From contig NGBS01000295.1 in NCBI GenBank assembly GCA_002245135.1, forward strand, positions 248,001 to 312,000: 64,000 bases of DNA, given 5' to 3'. This document shows, in pieces, positions 62,834 through 64,000 of the stretch (position 1 is the stretch's first letter; each line of letters opens with the position of its first letter). The position numbers were made by a program, and so were the translations under genes. The notes beneath the pieces are model-generated. The model ran no database searches and was not told where the DNA came from. It saw only the letters and a list, made by a program, of their open reading frames with translations. Source of the DNA: Proteromonas lacertae (Eukaryota).

Positions 62834-64000
62834 TACTAAGTTTTTAATAGATTAATTATAAACATCCAAATATCATTCATTCTCTTGTCTTTCTTATATA
62901 ACTCTTCATATGCCTTCAATTTTGTATATAATCCTAAAGCAGCTAATGGTTTGGATAAATATTTATAGTATATCTTGATCCAATTCTATTATAATATTAA
63001 TAGCAATTATACGAATAGCATATGTAAACAAATAAGACAATAGTTTACTATCTCATCATCTAATTCCTGATTTTGACAAACTTTAAAATATTTTTCACAA
63101 AATAAAAATAAAGAGTCCCAATAATATGATATATATTTCTATATAATAAAATAAATAAATAAATAAATACTGTTTTTTGTTTTGATAATTGTAACAATCC
63201 TTTGTCACTAATATGTGGTAATGAAATATCCACTAAATGTATTAGTTTAATTATCATATCTTTATTATTCAATATATTATTTCTAATATTCTCCAATTCA
63301 CTTTGAAATACTGTCATTACGTTATGAAAGAACTTCAATGGATCTATCATATCCTCTTTCTTTATACAATTGAAATAAATAAAATCATATTCTGGTCTTA
63401 CTGACAATAATAAAAAACACAATTGGATATTTACATCATCATAAATATCAACCGTTAATGGATTATTATTATCTATATAATTCATTACAATGGATAATAT
63501 TCTATCAAAGAAAGCATATTCCTTTTTCTTTTGATATACTGTTTCTAATAGTTTATCATTTAATATATCTGATATTGAGCTAGAAATTATAGTTAAAAAA
63601 TGTTTATTGATTGCTTTGGAAGATGAAAAATATGATTTTACTAAGTAATGAATATTGGATGAATATAATTCTATTTGAAAATAATAATATAATTATTTAT
63701 ATATATTTATACTTTTAGATTCATCAACTGTGTTATTATTATCTTTAAATATTTCATATATTATCTTTAGACCATCATTAATGAATAATGAAAACCTATT
63801 AATGCCACTATTCTTTAGTAATGAAGATAAAATAGAAATATTATTATTTTCAAGTTCATAAAACACTTCTTTACTCAAATACTTACATAATTCAGATATA
63901 ACTTGAGGTTGACATTTATATAATGATTTACTAATGATTGTAAGAATATTATCAAATATCATCTCAGGGTTTGATCCTTTTATTGACATTGATTTTACCA
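59185..64000 (-). CDS. Senataxin/Sen1-like UPF1-family SF1 helicase (5' part lies beyond the window)
   Basis: [60 protein letters not shown]; long N-terminal helical and low-complexity region. Confidence 0.85.
62790..62832. repeat. (AAT)n microsatellite within an intron
   Basis: About 14 tandem AAT units. Confidence 0.9.

Overview
Very AT-rich, gene-dense eukaryotic nuclear DNA. It uses the standard genetic code and has tiny GT-AG introns (mostly about 25-50 nt), which break most genes into several ORFs in the supplied track. Flagellar genes (Rib72/EFHC, kinesin-2, a CEP164-like WW protein) and mitochondrial genes (AFG3, NDUFB3) point to a flagellated protist. A Proteromonas/Blastocystis-type stramenopile is a guess, not a result. 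About 30 genes were reconstructed by manual splicing: housekeeping genes (AP1G1, ADAT2, NUP155, CDC50, PMS2, eIF3d, PSMA1, PP1, SRP9, a SETX-like helicase, GH27 and others) interspersed with a lineage-specific modular family. Highlights: (1) a helicase-less Dicer-like gene with an apparently dead second RNase III domain, fused to two CS (p23/NudC-type) domains; (2) a mix-and-match family combining pseudokinase or BTB-BACK heads with LRR, TPR, SPRY or Ig+ubiquitin-like tails, showing symmetric repeat exons, a ~3 kb-arm inverted duplication and a deletion-derivative copy; (3) two unusually long eIF3d introns holding paired-hairpin, H/ACA-like structures; (4) a tail-anchored PNP pseudoenzyme, a mini-CEP164 and a DAP1-like gene. 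Several single-base +1 frameshifts are most likely consensus errors. All domain calls come from motif recognition by eye; no searches were run.
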